Positions 27,336 through 39,800 are shown, counted from the stretch's first letter. The stretch is 64,000 nucleotides of DNA from Eledone cirrhosa (GCA_964016885.1 OZ024743.1:237150001-237214000); one strand, 5' to 3'. Notes: generated by a model from the sequence alone, not told the origin. Translations and numbers: made by a program.

Positions 27336-29760
27336 TTATACTTCTCTTAGGTCAGTGTTGTTTGATTGGGTGTTGTTGTTATTCCACTCATTCTTTCTGT
27401 TTAGCTTTGGTCTTCTAATTTCTATTTCACTGGCTTCTCTGATTTGCCTATCTGCTGGGTCATTTCTATGTTTAGATATTATTCTAATTTCTATGTTGTC
27501 TGTTACCGTCATGTTGTCTAGCATGTTCGTATAGTACTGACCCGTTTTTTCGTCCTTTTAGTTCCCCCCAGTGTTGGTCTATCCTTTCACCTATGCTACG
27601 AGCTGTCTCACCTATGTATGTTGTTGTCATGTTTCTGCAAGTACCCTCTGTACATCTTATGCTATAGACTACGTTTCTAGTTTTACAGTTTATCCGGGGG
27701 TTCACCTTACATATGATACATTTCCTATTGGTACAGTGGGTTTTCTTAAAAGGGTAGGTTTTGCTGATCAGGGATTTTATGGTGGTTCCTGGCTTTTCTA
27801 CCACCTTTATTTTTAAGTGGGTCTTTCTCAGGGCCTTTCTACAGTGGTTAGCTAATTTCCCTCCAGGGGTGGCGTCCACAAACATGACACTCTGGTATCT
27901 CTGGTTGTCGTACCATGATGTGGCTTTCCCTATCTTATGTCTAGCCCTATCTAAGCTATTCCATGATTTGATCCTGTATAATGGGCAAATTCCTTTCATG
28001 TGCAGTTCTATGAGGGTCTTATACTTTTCCATGGCTCCTTCGTATACTCTGACTCTGTCTCTTTGGTTGTAGCCAGAGAACTGCATGCGGTTGATGAAGT
28101 GTTGGATGTGTCTTTCCATTTCTGTTGGGTCGCACATACTGGACACATTCTTCATCACTCGTACCAAATCTGCGATCAGAATATTAAACTTAGCACTACT
28201 GGACATTGCTGAGTTTTTGAGTATCAGGTATTTGGGGGCCATGGGTTTAGCATAGTGTGAGTGGAGAATTTGGGCTCTCTCATCTATAGTGTTAATCCAG
28301 AGTTCTGTGTCTAATACAGGTAGTCTATTGTTAGGGTGTTTGGAAGGGAAGTCGATAGTTACAGTTATACTCTGGTGTATGGAATTAGCTATCTGCTGGA
28401 TGCTTTCCATCGTGCTACGTTCTAAATCAAACTTGTTAGCGCTCTCTAGTGGGGGTGTTCTTATAACTATATTGATATCGTCTACATAACGAGAGTACAT
28501 GATGAGGTCTATGGAGCTTTCATTAAGGAGATCTTTAAGTCTCCTTTCCCACCATACCATGAAAAGGTTGGCAACATCACCAGCTATGCTGACGCCGATG
28601 GCTGCTCCCTCATTTTGGGTGTAGATTTTCTCATTGAACTTAAATATGTGGCCCTTTAGGGTAGTTTTGATACTAGCCCCTATTGCATGTGCGACCATTT
28701 TTCTTACCTGATCATTGTTTTGGGGGGTCCGTATAGCTTTGGTCCACCCAATCCACCTTCCCATGGGAGTCTTTTTTGCCATTGAGGTTATGGTGGAGGG
28801 TCTACCTCTTATAGGTCTACTAGGGCAGAAACATCTAAGGTCATGGCTGTCTAGGTAGTCAGTGTCGTAGGTAAGTCTAAGTAGGAGGCCCAGTTCGTCT
28901 GTGTCGACATCACAGAACTCCACCTCACTCTCAATGATCATCTCCACACATCTTTTCACAGCAAAATCAATGTTAATGGATGGGTACAGTGACACCACAT
29001 CCATGCTGCCTATTATGCAGTTGGATAGGCTCCTGTTTTTGTTGCACTCACTGATTCTGCTGAGGAGGTCCTCTGTACTGTCACATACATCTGGGGACAT
29101 CTTGATTATGGGGCGTATAACCATTGAGAGGAAGTAGGAGATCCTGTAGTTGCTAGCTATATTAGCTCCGCATACGGGTCTTGTTGGTGGTCCTGTTGTC
29201 GGGTCGTCGACTGTCTTGTGGTCTTTGCGGAGCCCATACAAGGGTGGTATGCCATTGTTAGACGCCTGGAAGTTGTTGGCAGTGCGTCTGCTTGGCTTTA
29301 GGATGTCAGTCCACATCATCATGTGAGCGTTGAAGACTTTTTCTCTCCCATCGTGTGTTTGTTGTGCAACTTCGCTCGTGTTGGTGATGTGGGGTTGCAT
29401 AGCCTCGATGTAGTTCGGCATGCTATCTATTGACATCCTACCAGACTTATCTGTGGGTAGACACACTACCTCACCATCCCTTGTGCGCTGCTTGAGGCTA
29501 ACCAAGCCTTCTACAGGCTTCCTCCCAAGTTGTTGGGCCTCTGGTCTGCTCTGTCTCTTAGTATACCTGTCTACTATTTGTCTAATCTTATTTCTAGCTA
29601 TGGTGAACTGTGCCTCTGTCTCGTCATCTATTTGTTGTGGTATGCAAACTCTTTTATTAAAGGGTAACCTCGTAGGATAGATATTACCCATCTTATATGT
29701 TTTGTCAGCTGGGTTGAAAAATAGTTTCTCTAAGGGGTTGTCATTATATCTATCGTCATA
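27336..29760 (-). pseudogene. Penelope reverse transcriptase + GIY-YIG endonuclease, frameshifted near the C-terminus
   Basis: Motifs PTDKSG, LYGLRKDHK, RPV, SMDVVSLYPSI, QNEGAAIG, YSRYVDD, LPVLDTEL, VVYSIRC...YIGETARSIGERIDQH; continues in ORF 27336-27524 (RQIREASEI...PKLN). The first ~17 aa of the listed 776-aa ORF come from the inserted SINE. Confidence 0.92.
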
Positions 29761-29946
29761 TGGCAGGTGGATTGGCAGTATCGGTAGAGGGTCGGACGTC
29801 ATGCTTTCCAGCATAGTTACGTCCCTTTACGATCTGAGTTCAAATCCAGCCGAGGTTAACTTTGCCTTTCATCCTTACGGGGTCGATAAAATAAAGTACC
29901 AGTAATGCACTGGGTAATTTCTGGCCTTGTGCTAATAGTAGAAACA
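29761..29946 (+). mobile_element. Full-length tRNA-derived SINE (family A) with target-site duplication
   Basis: A-box-like TGGCAGTATCGG, B-box GAGTTCAAATCC, central GCCTTTCATCCTTACGGGGTCGATAAA domain; ATTATATCTATCGTCATA repeated at 29743-29760 and 29947-29964. Confidence 0.9.
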
Positions 29947-30442
29947 ATTATATCTATCGTCATAGTTGTGTGTGTTGCTATATATATATATATATATATA
30001 TACATATATATACACACATATTAATAACAATAATAATAATAATAATAACGACAATAATAATAACGACAACAACAACAGTAATAATATACATACATACATA
30101 TACACACACACGCACACACATAAACATATCTATACACACACACACACGATAGCAACTAACATCGCTGCGATCGAATGTGGCTTTTTCGCCCAGCCAATGA
30201 TCTAAAATGTCTTGCACAGAGTCGGCAACCAAAACATTCACTGGGAATACATACATACATACATATATCCATATATACATACATATATACATACATACAT
30301 ATATACATATATACATACATATATACATACAAACATATATACATATATATATATAGATAGTGCAAATTTATACGGGGAAAAAAACAGAGAGGCAGACAAA
30401 TAAAGGTTTATTAGGTTCACGCTTTTGGGAGTGGGAGGGAAC

Positions 30443-30467
30443 GACGTTTCGGGCATAAGCCCTTCTT
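30443..30467 (-). ncRNA. 5'-truncated hammerhead motif (Penelope-type fragment)
   Basis: Minus strand AAGAA-GGGC-ttat-GCCC-GAAACGTC; the CTG of the CUGANGA box is missing; AATAAA lies downstream. Confidence 0.5.
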
Positions 30468-30527
<60 letters not shown>

Positions 30528-30556
30528 TATACATACATATATACATACATATATAC

Positions 30557-30666
<110 letters not shown>

Positions 30667-30780
30667 GGTGTTGGGTGCTCAATGCTCCCATAGAGCAGAG
30701 TATGATATCACAGAAAATATATATATATATATATATTGAAATATAAGTATTAATAAAATAGATGTTATTTTGATCAATTA

Positions 30781-30840
30781 CATTTTATTATACATATTTC
30801 GGATGTACAACAGTACGTCCCCATCAGACAAATTATAATG
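30781..30840 (-). ncRNA. Degenerate hammerhead-like motif (Penelope-type fragment)
   Basis: Minus strand CTGATGG-GGAcGTAC-tgtt-GTACaTCC-GAAATATGTA; A9 is replaced by G. Confidence 0.45.
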
Positions 30841-30956
30841 ATACCTGACATACCGTGAGATGTTAAATGGTTAAGATTTAATCAAGGTAGTGTTGAGTGC
30901 TTCCAATCTACTGTAAAACTCATTCTTTAACATAATCATTGAATATTGTTTAACAC

Positions 30957-31059
<103 letters not shown>

Positions 31060-31276
31060 TATATATATTTCGTTTCTGAATTTGTTTAGCAAGATTCTTT
31101 ATCTGAAAACGTGTGTTGAAACCGATATTGTTATACTTTGGGAGGGTCATGTTGCCAATAAGAAACACACGCACCAGTTGCTTTCACTCCAATTTATTAT
31201 AAATTAAATTTATAAATTTAAGAATTTATAAATTTCCGGTTGGTTGGTTCCACAATCGGGCGGTTGTTCATATATT

Positions 31277-31319
31277 GTCAAAGTTCTTTCGTCACACATT
31301 CTGTGACCTCTTCAGTGAC
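31277..31319 (-). ncRNA. Minimal type I hammerhead ribozyme (inverted pLTR)
   Basis: GTCA-CTGAAGA-G-GTCACA..TGTGAC-GAAA-G-aa-C-TT-TGAC: stems I, II and III and a CUU cleavage triplet. Confidence 0.8.
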
Positions 31320-31614
31320 TGGGGATTCTTTTATTTGTTTTGTGCCTCTCCTTTGTTCTGTCCTACGCCATCTTGTTTTTGTGTGTATTGTGTGCTTAGT
31401 TTACGTATGTGTTACATCCGGGTGTCTGTGTGTGTTTTTATTTGTTTATTTATTTGATATTTTACATGTTACTCGTTGGTTGTTTGTTCTATATGTGTCT
31501 GTTTTCATTTATGTCCTTAATTGTAAGTTGTGATGTTGCTATTCCATTCATGTTTTCTATTTAATTTTGGTTGGAGTTCATTTATGTTTATTGCCTCTGT
31601 GATTTGTCTAAACA

Positions 31615-33430
31615 TTGCGTCTTTTCTGCGGAGCTAACATTGCTAGTAACTACAGAATTTCCTACTTCCTCTCCCTGATCATACGCCCCATCATTGAAAT
31701 GTCCCCAGATATATGTGACAGCACGGAGGACCTCCTCAGCAGAATCAGCGAAAATAACCGATCTAGGGACCTAACAGACTGTATAATAGGTAGTATGGAG
31801 GTTGTGTCCCTATATCCATCCATTGACGTGGATTTTGCTGTGGAGAAATGCGTAGAAATGATCAGTGAGAGCAATGTTGAATTCCGTGGGATTGATACCA
31901 GTGAGCTTGGACTCCTACTTAAACTTACCTATAGTAATGATTATCTAGATACGTATGACCTTAGCAACTTGTGCCCTACAAGACCAGCAAGAGGCAGACC
32001 ACCTACCATTACCTCAGTGGCCAAGAAAACCCACACAGAAAGATGGAACGGGTGGACCAGAGCCATACAGACCCCCGAAAACCACGATGAACTAAAGAAA
32101 ATGATTGCACATGCGGTGGGGGCCAGTATAAAACTAACCCTTAAGGAACATATGTTCAAATTTAATGGAAAAACATATGCCCAAGAGGAGGGAGCAGCCA
32201 TTGGTGTTAGCATTGCAGGTGACATAGCTAACCTATTCGTGGTATGGTGGGACAATAAACTTAAACTTAAACTTAAAGAACAATTAGAAGACAGCAACCT
32301 CTTAACCGTGATAATGTACTCCCGCTACGTTGATGATATAAACATCGTAGTAAAAACACCCCACTAGAGAACAGCCAGGAATTAGAGAAAAACACCATGG
32401 AAAGCAACCAGCAAATAGCTAGCTCCCTTCACCAGAGTATTAGAGTTACTATAGACTACCCAAGCAAACACCCCAACCATCGATTACCTGTACTAGACAC
32501 AGAGCTCTGGTTAGAAACCATTAATAACAAAAAACAAATCCTCCATTCCCATTATGCCAAACCCGTGACTTCCAAATATCTGATCCACCGAAACTCAGCT
32601 GTTTCGGATCACACCAAAATCAACATACTGATTGCGGATTTGGTACGAGTGATGAGAAACCCCGCATGTGCAACCCCAAAGAACTAGAGAGAGACATACA
32701 ACACTTCATCCACCGTATGCAGTTCTCTGGTTACAATCAGAGAGATAAAATCAGAGTATATAGAGGAGCCAGAACCAAATGGGAAAAAATGGTAAATAAT
32801 GATTCAAAAGGGACCTGCCTCTTGTATAGGAGCAAATTTTGGAATAGAATAGAAAGAACTAAGAATAAGGTTAATAGAATAAACTCATGGTATGATAGCA
32901 GTAAATACCAGAGTGTAATGTTCATCAATACAACCCCTAGAGGAGAATTAGCTTACAAATTTAGAAGGGCCCTAGATAAACTTAAACTTAATATTAAGAT
33001 AGCAGAAAGACCAGTACCTCCATAAAAACCTTTTCAAAGACCTCCCTGTATAGATAAGAAATGCATAATCTGTAAACTAAGCCCCATATTAACTGTAAAA
33101 CTAGAAATGTAGTATATAGCATAAGATATATTGGAGGACAATGTAAAGATAAGAATATAGTGTACATAGGTGAGACAGCTCGTAGTATAGGAGAACGGTT
33201 AAATGAACATTGGCGAGAGCTTCAAGATAAAAAAAGAATCATCAATACTCCACCAACATGCTAAAATAGAACATAAGGGCAAATTAGAGAACATAGAAAT
33301 AAAAATAGAATCTACACACAGAAAAGACGCAATGTTTAGACAAATCACAGAGGCAATAAACATAAATGAACTCCAACCAATATTAAATAGAAAATATGAA
33401 TGGAATAGCAACATCAAAACTTACAATTAA
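31615..33430 (+). pseudogene. Penelope RT + GIY-YIG, with multiple stops and frameshifts
   Basis: ORF pieces 31615-32367 (VVSLYPSI, QEEGAAIG, YSRYVDD), 32397-32687, 32666-33025, YIGETARSIGERL near 33160-33200, and 33203-33430; clearly paralogous to element 1. Confidence 0.92.
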
Positions 33431-33624
33431 GGAGAAAATGAAAACACACACACATATAGAAGAAACAACCAACCAGTAACATGTAAATAAACAAATAAAT
33501 AAACAAATAAAAACACACACAAACACCCGGATGTAACACATGCGCAAACTAAGCGCACAACACACACAAAAACAAGATGGCATAGGACACAACAAAAGAG
33601 AGGCACAAAACAAAAAGAATCCCC

Positions 33625-33669
33625 TGTCGCTGAAGAGGTCACAGATTGTGTGACGAAAGAACTTTGACA
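33625..33669 (+). ncRNA. Minimal type I hammerhead ribozyme (3' pLTR)
   Basis: TGTCG-CTGAAGA-G-GTCACA..TGTGAC-GAAAGAACTT-TGACA; stem I retained through a G-U pair. Confidence 0.8.
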
Positions 33670-33919
33670 ATATATGAACAACCGCCCGGTTGTGGAACCA
33701 ACCAATCGGAAATTTATAAATTCTTAAATTTATAAATTTAATTTATAATAAATTGGAGTGAAAGCAGCTGGTGCGTGTGTTTCTTATTGGCAACATGACC
33801 CTCCCAAAGTATAACAATATATATATATACATATATACATACATATATACATGCATATATATATATACATATATACATACATATACACATACATATATAC
33901 ATACATATATACATACATA

Positions 33920-34253
33920 CGCCCTGCATTCGAGGTCCCGGCGTTCGCGGTCCTGGTTATTCGCGGAAGTAGAACCTAACTAATAATTGTTCGTGGATAT
34001 TCCCGGAATTGTAAATATCTTCCGCGATTATTTTAATGGCTTTTTTGTGGCAATATATATTTTTAACGCTAAATTATTAATAACAATATACCGTATTTGC
34101 CGGCCTATTGGACGTCCCTTCGCATAAGACGCTCCCTCTTTTTTTATTATATTTTGACGTTTATAGGCATTTTTATGTGCAATATTCGCGGTGTGTTACT
34201 CTTAGCGAGTGCTCTAGGAACGTAACTCCCGCGAATACCGAGGGACAACTGTA
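33920..34253. mobile_element. Tc1/mariner (pogo/Tigger-like) MITE remnant
   Basis: Right end CCGCGAATACCGAGGGACAACTG|TA is a typical CAG..CCCTCG TIR plus TA; degenerate left end with TTCGCGG repeats; embedded TACCGTATTT...ATAAGACG TIR-like fragment at about 34089-34132. Confidence 0.6.
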
Positions 34254-34257
34254 TAGG

Positions 34258-34572
34258 GTAAAGTACCTCTTCGGTCACGAATGACCATGGGGTTTGCATC
34301 TAGAAAGTTCCCCTCCGAGGCACAAGTCTGGGCAAGGTTGTTTGTAGAAGACCAGTAGTCACCCATATATACCAGTCTCCCCTCTCCCCACCACCGATGT
34401 TGTCCAAGGGAAAGGCAATGGCTGATACAGCCTGGCACCAGTGATGTCACAACTCATTTCTACAGCTGAGTTAACTGGAGTAACGTGGATAAAGTGTCTT
34501 GCTCAAGAGCACAACGCAAAACCCGGTCTGAGAATCGAACTCACAACCTCACGTTTATAAGTTCGACCCATT
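34258..34572 (-). mobile_element. tRNA-derived CORE-type SINE (family B)
   Basis: Minus strand B-box GAGTTCGATTCTC followed by the CORE-like TTGTGCTCTTGAGCAAGACACTTTATC. Confidence 0.7.
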
Positions 34573-35281
34573 GAGCAGAAATCCATTGTAAACATCAACC
34601 AAGTTATGTATTTGAGATACTGAAATATGTTATTTTTTGAGGGGATGGATATTTTTAAAGGAAATGATGGTAGTTGGCGTTAGAAGCAATGTAGGCTGTT
34701 CAAATAATTGAAATATCCGAATAAACTAATTTAAATCGATATTCAACTGAATGGATTTCCAAACGGAAATATAATCTTTAGACGGATCCGGTTCATTCCT
34801 ATAACTAAAGTCAATGTTGACAGAGTGAGGGGAAGATGGCGCTTGAATAAATTATTATTCTTTGTTGAGAATCTTTTAACAAAACATCCGGAGATATAAA
34901 ATAAATATAGTTACATAGAGTTACAGATTGAGAGAGAGAGGGGGAGAGAGAAGGAAGAAGAGGAGGAAAGAGAAAACAAATATAGACATACATGTATGAA
35001 GTGAGAGAGGGGGAGAGAGAAAAGCTACGACGTACAGATACATCGATTTCTATCGATACGGTCCAGGTTAATGTTCAACCTGTTTCTATTTATCCTAGTT
35101 GTGGTATAACTGTAGCCACATACATTTGGTCGCTTTTCTTCGTGTCACACTTTCTTAACTTTGTGTTTACTCTGGACGAAACTATATCGACTTTTCACAC
35201 CATTGAGTGCTTTGTGACTGCCTCAAACAATTCGACTGGTATCTGCTATACTGCGGCTACAACTTCGATTTAAAATATCAT

Positions 35282-35317
<36 letters not shown>

Positions 35318-35344
35318 GACGAAACAAGAGAAGAAATCCTTCAT

Positions 35345-35520
35345 CAGTATCGGTAGACGGTCTGACGCCATTCTTTGCGGCAAAGAGTTACGGCCCTTTA
35401 TGGTTTGAGTTCAAATCCCGCCGAGGTTAACTTTGCCTTTCATCCTTGCGGGGTCGATAAAATAAAGTACCAGTAATACACTGAGATAATTGGTGGCCTT
35501 GTGCCAAAAGTATAAACAAT
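35345..35520 (+). mobile_element. SINE family A copy
   Basis: Homologous to 29761-29946 (GAGTTCAAATCCCGCCGAGG...GGGGTCGATAAAATAAAGTACC). Confidence 0.88.
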
Positions 35521-35532
35521 TATATATATATA

Positions 35533-35655
<123 letters not shown>

Positions 35656-35684
35656 TATTTGTATATGTATATATATATATGTGT

Positions 35685-35759
<75 letters not shown>

Positions 35760-35763
<4 letters not shown>

Positions 35764-36117
35764 GAGCAGTCTTGTCAAAAGATGGTACCTGCAACGCAGA
35801 AATCCACACACAGATTGTAAAACCAATGAATATGTGCGGAGTAAGGTTTAAAGTTTTGTGGGTTACCAGGAACCTCTCCGACTGTCGAGTGGAGGAAACT
35901 GGCGTAGTTTGGCCACGTCACATGGCATGACAGCCAGTACAAGACTTGAAGGTGGACGCAGGAGGGGGCGCCAACGCAAAACCTGGTTGGACAATATTAA
36001 ATGGACGCAAATGACACCAGATTTGTTGACGGCCGCCGTTGATAGAATATTTTGAATGCGTGCTGCTTCTGCAGTAGGATCGCCCTGACCACTACAGAAG
36101 TGGAGGGGCTGATGATG
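35760..36117 (+). mobile_element. RTE-clade LINE 3' fragment, degraded
   Basis: G..LSKDG.C..EI, FGHV and EGGRRRGRQRKTWLDNIK motifs typical of the RTE RT C-terminus; GATGATG tail. Confidence 0.75.
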
Positions 36118-36146
36118 GGTATGGTTATATATATATATATATATAT

Positions 36147-36933
36147 ATCACTTTCTGTTGCTTAAACCATTTTGTTTGTTTACCCTAGCGTCCCCTTTAT
36201 TTACGTGTCCCAACGACTTTTTTTAGCCGTTGTTCGCACCAACCTGAGATATATGGCCTTTAATGCGACGAAATGCCTACGACGGTTGGAAGGCCACTGA
36301 TGAAGGACAAACTTTTTCATATGTAACCCATTTTCAGCGCCGCAGCTCCATTATTATCATATTTACACATATTTTTTCCTCCGCTGCCACCAGTCTGTTT
36401 CGTTCTTTGTGTCTTTACCCTTTCTAGCAGTCTCTCTCTCTCTGTTAGCCTCTTCCTCGCCTTTCACTCACTCTCTGTCACTACCTCTCCTCCTCCCCTT
36501 TCTTCCCGTTTGACCTGTCCGTAATCCTTTTCTCGCGGGCACTTGGCCAAGCCGGTATGAATTTTTTTTCTCTCTCTCTCGTCTGCGACTTCACAGAACT
36601 TATGTTTACCGAATTCGCAGACCAGACCCCTTCTTCCTCTCGTTAGACCTGTGCGAAATTCCTTCCTTGCTCACATTTCAACCAGGTTTGATGGTCTTTA
36701 TTCTCTCGTTCACGATTTCACCGAATTTATATTCATAGAAATCTGGGACTTGTTTCTTTCTTCTTCATCACTTTCTGTTGCTTAAACCATTTTGTTTGTT
36801 TACCCTAGCGTCCCCTTTATTTACGTGTCCCAACGACTTTTTTTAGCCGTTGCTCGCACCAACCTGAGGTATATGGCCTTTAATGCGACGAAATGCCTAC
36901 GACGGTTGGAAGGCCACTGATGAGGACAAACTT

Positions 36934-36941
<8 letters not shown>
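36147..36941 (+). repeat. Direct repeat of about 175 bp (36147-36322 / 36767-36941) ending in CTGATGA(A)GGACA; probable tandem pLTR remnant of a Penelope-type element
   Basis: Near-identical copies at 620-bp offset, flanked by (TA)n. Confidence 0.75.
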
Positions 36942-36971
<30 letters not shown>

Positions 36972-37069
36972 CTCTAATAATAATTAGACGCCTACACCAT
37001 GTTCACGGGAGAGGGAAGAGTGAATGCTTAATTAATTGCAGTAATACCCCAGCTGCAGAAGAAGAAGCA

Positions 37070-37563
37070 GATGTCAAAACCAATCACGTTATCGTCCATT
37101 CTATATTCATACCAACTTTTACCCATGTTCATAAATATTGTGCAAAGACCGAAGGAATACGATCACGAATACAAGCGGCCGAAATCGGTTTCCTCCGAAG
37201 GGTCCTTGGAGTTACATTACTCGATGCAGTGCGTAGCTCCGAGATCAGAGAGGCACTCAAGGTTGAGCCACTACTTCTCCGAATTTAGTGATGAAATATA
37301 CAACGAGCATGTGTTTACAAGGTCTCAGAAAAGAATCACCGGACAGAATTTAAAAGCGAATCAAGAGCTTTGTTGGTCTCACTTGGTGATTCAGCTAGAG
37401 ATTATTGCATCTGACAGAAACCACTGGAAGGTGTGTTTGAGGACTCTGCCCACACGACCCTCTCAGGAAGAAGAAGAAGAAGAAGAAGAAGAAGAAGAAG
37501 AAGAAGAAGAAGAAGAAGAAGAAGAAGAAGAAGAAGAAGAAGAAGAAGAAGAAGAAGAAGAAG
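37070..37563 (+). mobile_element. RTE-clade LINE 3' fragment with (GAA)n tail
   Basis: RSRIQAAEIGFLRRVLGVTLLDAVRSSEIREALKVEPLLLRI; long (GAA)n at 37468-37563. Confidence 0.85.
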
Positions 37564-37575
37564 AATTTTGTTTCA

Positions 37576-37695
37576 ATAATAATTGTTTCTACTTTAGGCA
37601 CAAGGCCAGCAATTACTCAGTGCATTACTGGTACTTTATTTTATCGACCCCGTAAGGATGAAAGGCAAAGTTAACCTCGGCGGGATTTGAACTCA
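37576..37695 (-). mobile_element. 3' half of SINE family A (starts at TGAGTTCAAATCC), fused to a Tx1 tail
   Basis: Homology to the full-length copies. Confidence 0.9.
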
Positions 37696-38670
37696 AATAA
37701 TAATAATAATGATTTCATTTATTAGCCACAAGGGCACAGGGACAGTGGGGTTTACAATAAGGTCGAGTATAAGTGCACAATGGCAAGACTAATTTAACAA
37801 TGAAGATATAAAAATATAAAATAAACTATGATTAAATATAACAAAATAAATTCCCCTATAAGGGGTGGATGACCCAGGGGTGACTCGGGTACCCCACCAA
37901 TCCTGAACCACACTGCGCTTCTAAGGCACCCAGGGAGAGCGCCCCTCTCCTCAAGTTAGCTAGCCTATAGGCGCATGGTAAGAGTAGGCCCAATCACACG
38001 AGCTATTCTCGCCACATTCACCCACCTTTTAGCAAATGTACTGGGGGGCAGCACTTCTCTCTCCACCCTCACCTTCCTTTCCAGGTGAAACTTGAAGAGT
38101 TGATGAGGGATTGGCCGAAGAGAAAAGTGTCTGTCTTCAGTCCTTTTAATCTGGTCCACCATATAACCTCTTTCGCAACGGTCACCAGACAGAGGAAAAT
38201 TGCCTGCTCTTCCTGACCTAAGGAAGGTGGCGGGTCGATCTTCACTATGGACTCGGTCGATAGCCGGATCCGTTCCACGCGCAGCAGTAGCTGTTCGACA
38301 TAACTCCACAACTCAGTAATGCACGGACATTGGACAAGTGCGTGCAGAGTAGTTTCGTCGCTCTGTGCGCATCTTGGGCAGGACCGTCTGACAGCACTTC
38401 TGTGCCTGTAGAGTTTATCCCGAACCGGCAGTGCCCTCCGGTAGCACTGCCAAGCGAGGGATTTCTGGAAATTGTCCATCGTCCCCAGCTCGAAAGTCCT
38501 CCGGTACAGACTAGTCAGTTCGACTTCGTCGAGGCCCAAAGCTTCTCCGAGTGCGTCATCACACTTGCCCACCACTAATCCTCTATAGAACTCGAGATTG
38601 GAAGTTCTACTGATCGCATTGCCCACTTGGTAGAGGGCAGTGAGTGCCTGGCAACATTCCAGGTTCCAGT
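37696..38670 (-). mobile_element. 5'-truncated Tx1/L1-clade LINE (second family): ORF2 C-terminus, 3' UTR and (ATT)n tail
   Basis: MDNFQKSLAWQCYR..LPVRDKLY..CPRCAQSDETTLHALVQC zinc-finger region homologous to 57159-60578; 3' end CCCTTGTGGCTAATAAATGAAATC(ATT)n. Confidence 0.9.
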
Positions 38671-38840
38671 AATAATAATTTTGTTTCACGTTTTGCTAAC
38701 TGGAACTTCTTGCTTTGTGTGGTCCGGCTATAACTTCGTTCGCCTCAGAAGTTCTAGATGTCGAACCGGCAAGAGCTCAGCTGCCGGGCTCCAATAGTTT
38801 CTTATATATATATACATATATATATGTGTATATATATATA

Positions 38841-39800
38841 TACTAGCATTAAAGCCCGGCGTTGCTCGGGGTCATTAAGTTACCAAAGTTATGTTGCACC
38901 ACCCATTTTATGGCAGCACTTTTTTGTCTGCCAGGCACTGGGTGAATGAATTGCAGACCTGGAAGCAGGAGCTGCGCCAGCAGTGACAATTGTAGTTTCG
39001 CCTATAGATATTATCTCTGTGTAAAAAAGTGTTGAAATTTATTGTTTCACAGTACTTGCGCAACACGCGCGTAGACGATGCCAGCCGAACAACAGAGCTG
39101 CGATGGAGCTGTTCTGCATGGTTGTCTGTGTGTTATCTAAATTTAAGACAGTAGGGAGAGTTGTGATATGGGGGAGAGTTAGCTGCTGTTTCTAGCAGGT
39201 TTAGTGACCTCATAGAAGATATGTTTTCTAAATTTAAGACATTAGGGAAGGGTGTGGTATGGGGAGAGTTAGCTGCTGTTTCTAGCAGGTTTAGTGACCT
39301 CATAGAGGATATTATTGTTTATCATTATCTATAAAAGGCAGATTGTTGTTGTTGTTGTTGAAGTGAGTGTGTGTTTGTATGCGTTTGGAAAAGAGGTTTT
39401 AAAAAAAATTTATCGCTTGTTGTTGAATAAATGTATCTGTATAAAAGAGAAAGTAGCAAAATGTGTGGGTTGTAGCTAGAGGTAAAGCAGATGATATGAG
39501 AGAGTAAAACCGACAGTATCACCATCAAGCTTGGAAAGAGAAAGTAGCAGAAAGTATGAAGTTGTATAGATTTTGAATGGTAGTGGAAAGAGTTTAGCAG
39601 TTTAAATGACAGAGAAAAATCGTAAAATATTGAGTTTTATCTATTTTTTGCGTAATTGTGGGTGAAATTGAAAAGATTATCTGTGCCAAGACGCAATCGA
39701 AGCTATTTCGAATACTGAATTGTAAATTTCAATTGAAGAAATTATATATCGTAGATTTCTATAAGAAAGGAGCATGACCACACACTGAGCTTTATAGATT
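38841..39800. mobile_element. Possible non-autonomous Helitron/Helentron-like element with an internal ~90-bp tandem duplication
   Basis: Begins TACTAG...CCCGgcgttgctCGGG (subterminal hairpin) inside (TA)n; duplication at about 39135-39310; right end uncertain. Confidence 0.45.

Larger units (their letters stand above)
26822..29978 (-). mobile_element. Penelope-like retroelement 1 (5'-truncated, SINE inserted near its 5' end)
   Basis: PLE RT and GIY-YIG ORF; 3' non-coding region with a hammerhead core; terminal motif ATGACCCTCCCCAAGTATAACAAT abutting (TA)n. Confidence 0.9.
31126..33820 (+). mobile_element. Penelope-like retroelement 2 with an inverted 5' copy of its 3' repeat (pLTR)
   Basis: 31126-31614 is an imperfect reverse complement of about 33330-33820; frameshifted RT/GIY-YIG lies between them; the element ends in ATGACCCTCCCAAAGTATAACAAT + (AT)n. 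Confidence 0.92.

Noticed and set aside
29761-29814. N-terminus MLESMTSDPLPILPIHLP of the 776-aa Penelope ORF
   Set aside because: It is the antisense reading of an inserted SINE bounded by a TSD
29761-29850. tRNA gene
   Set aside because: A/B boxes are present but there is no cloverleaf; it is the head of a multicopy SINE
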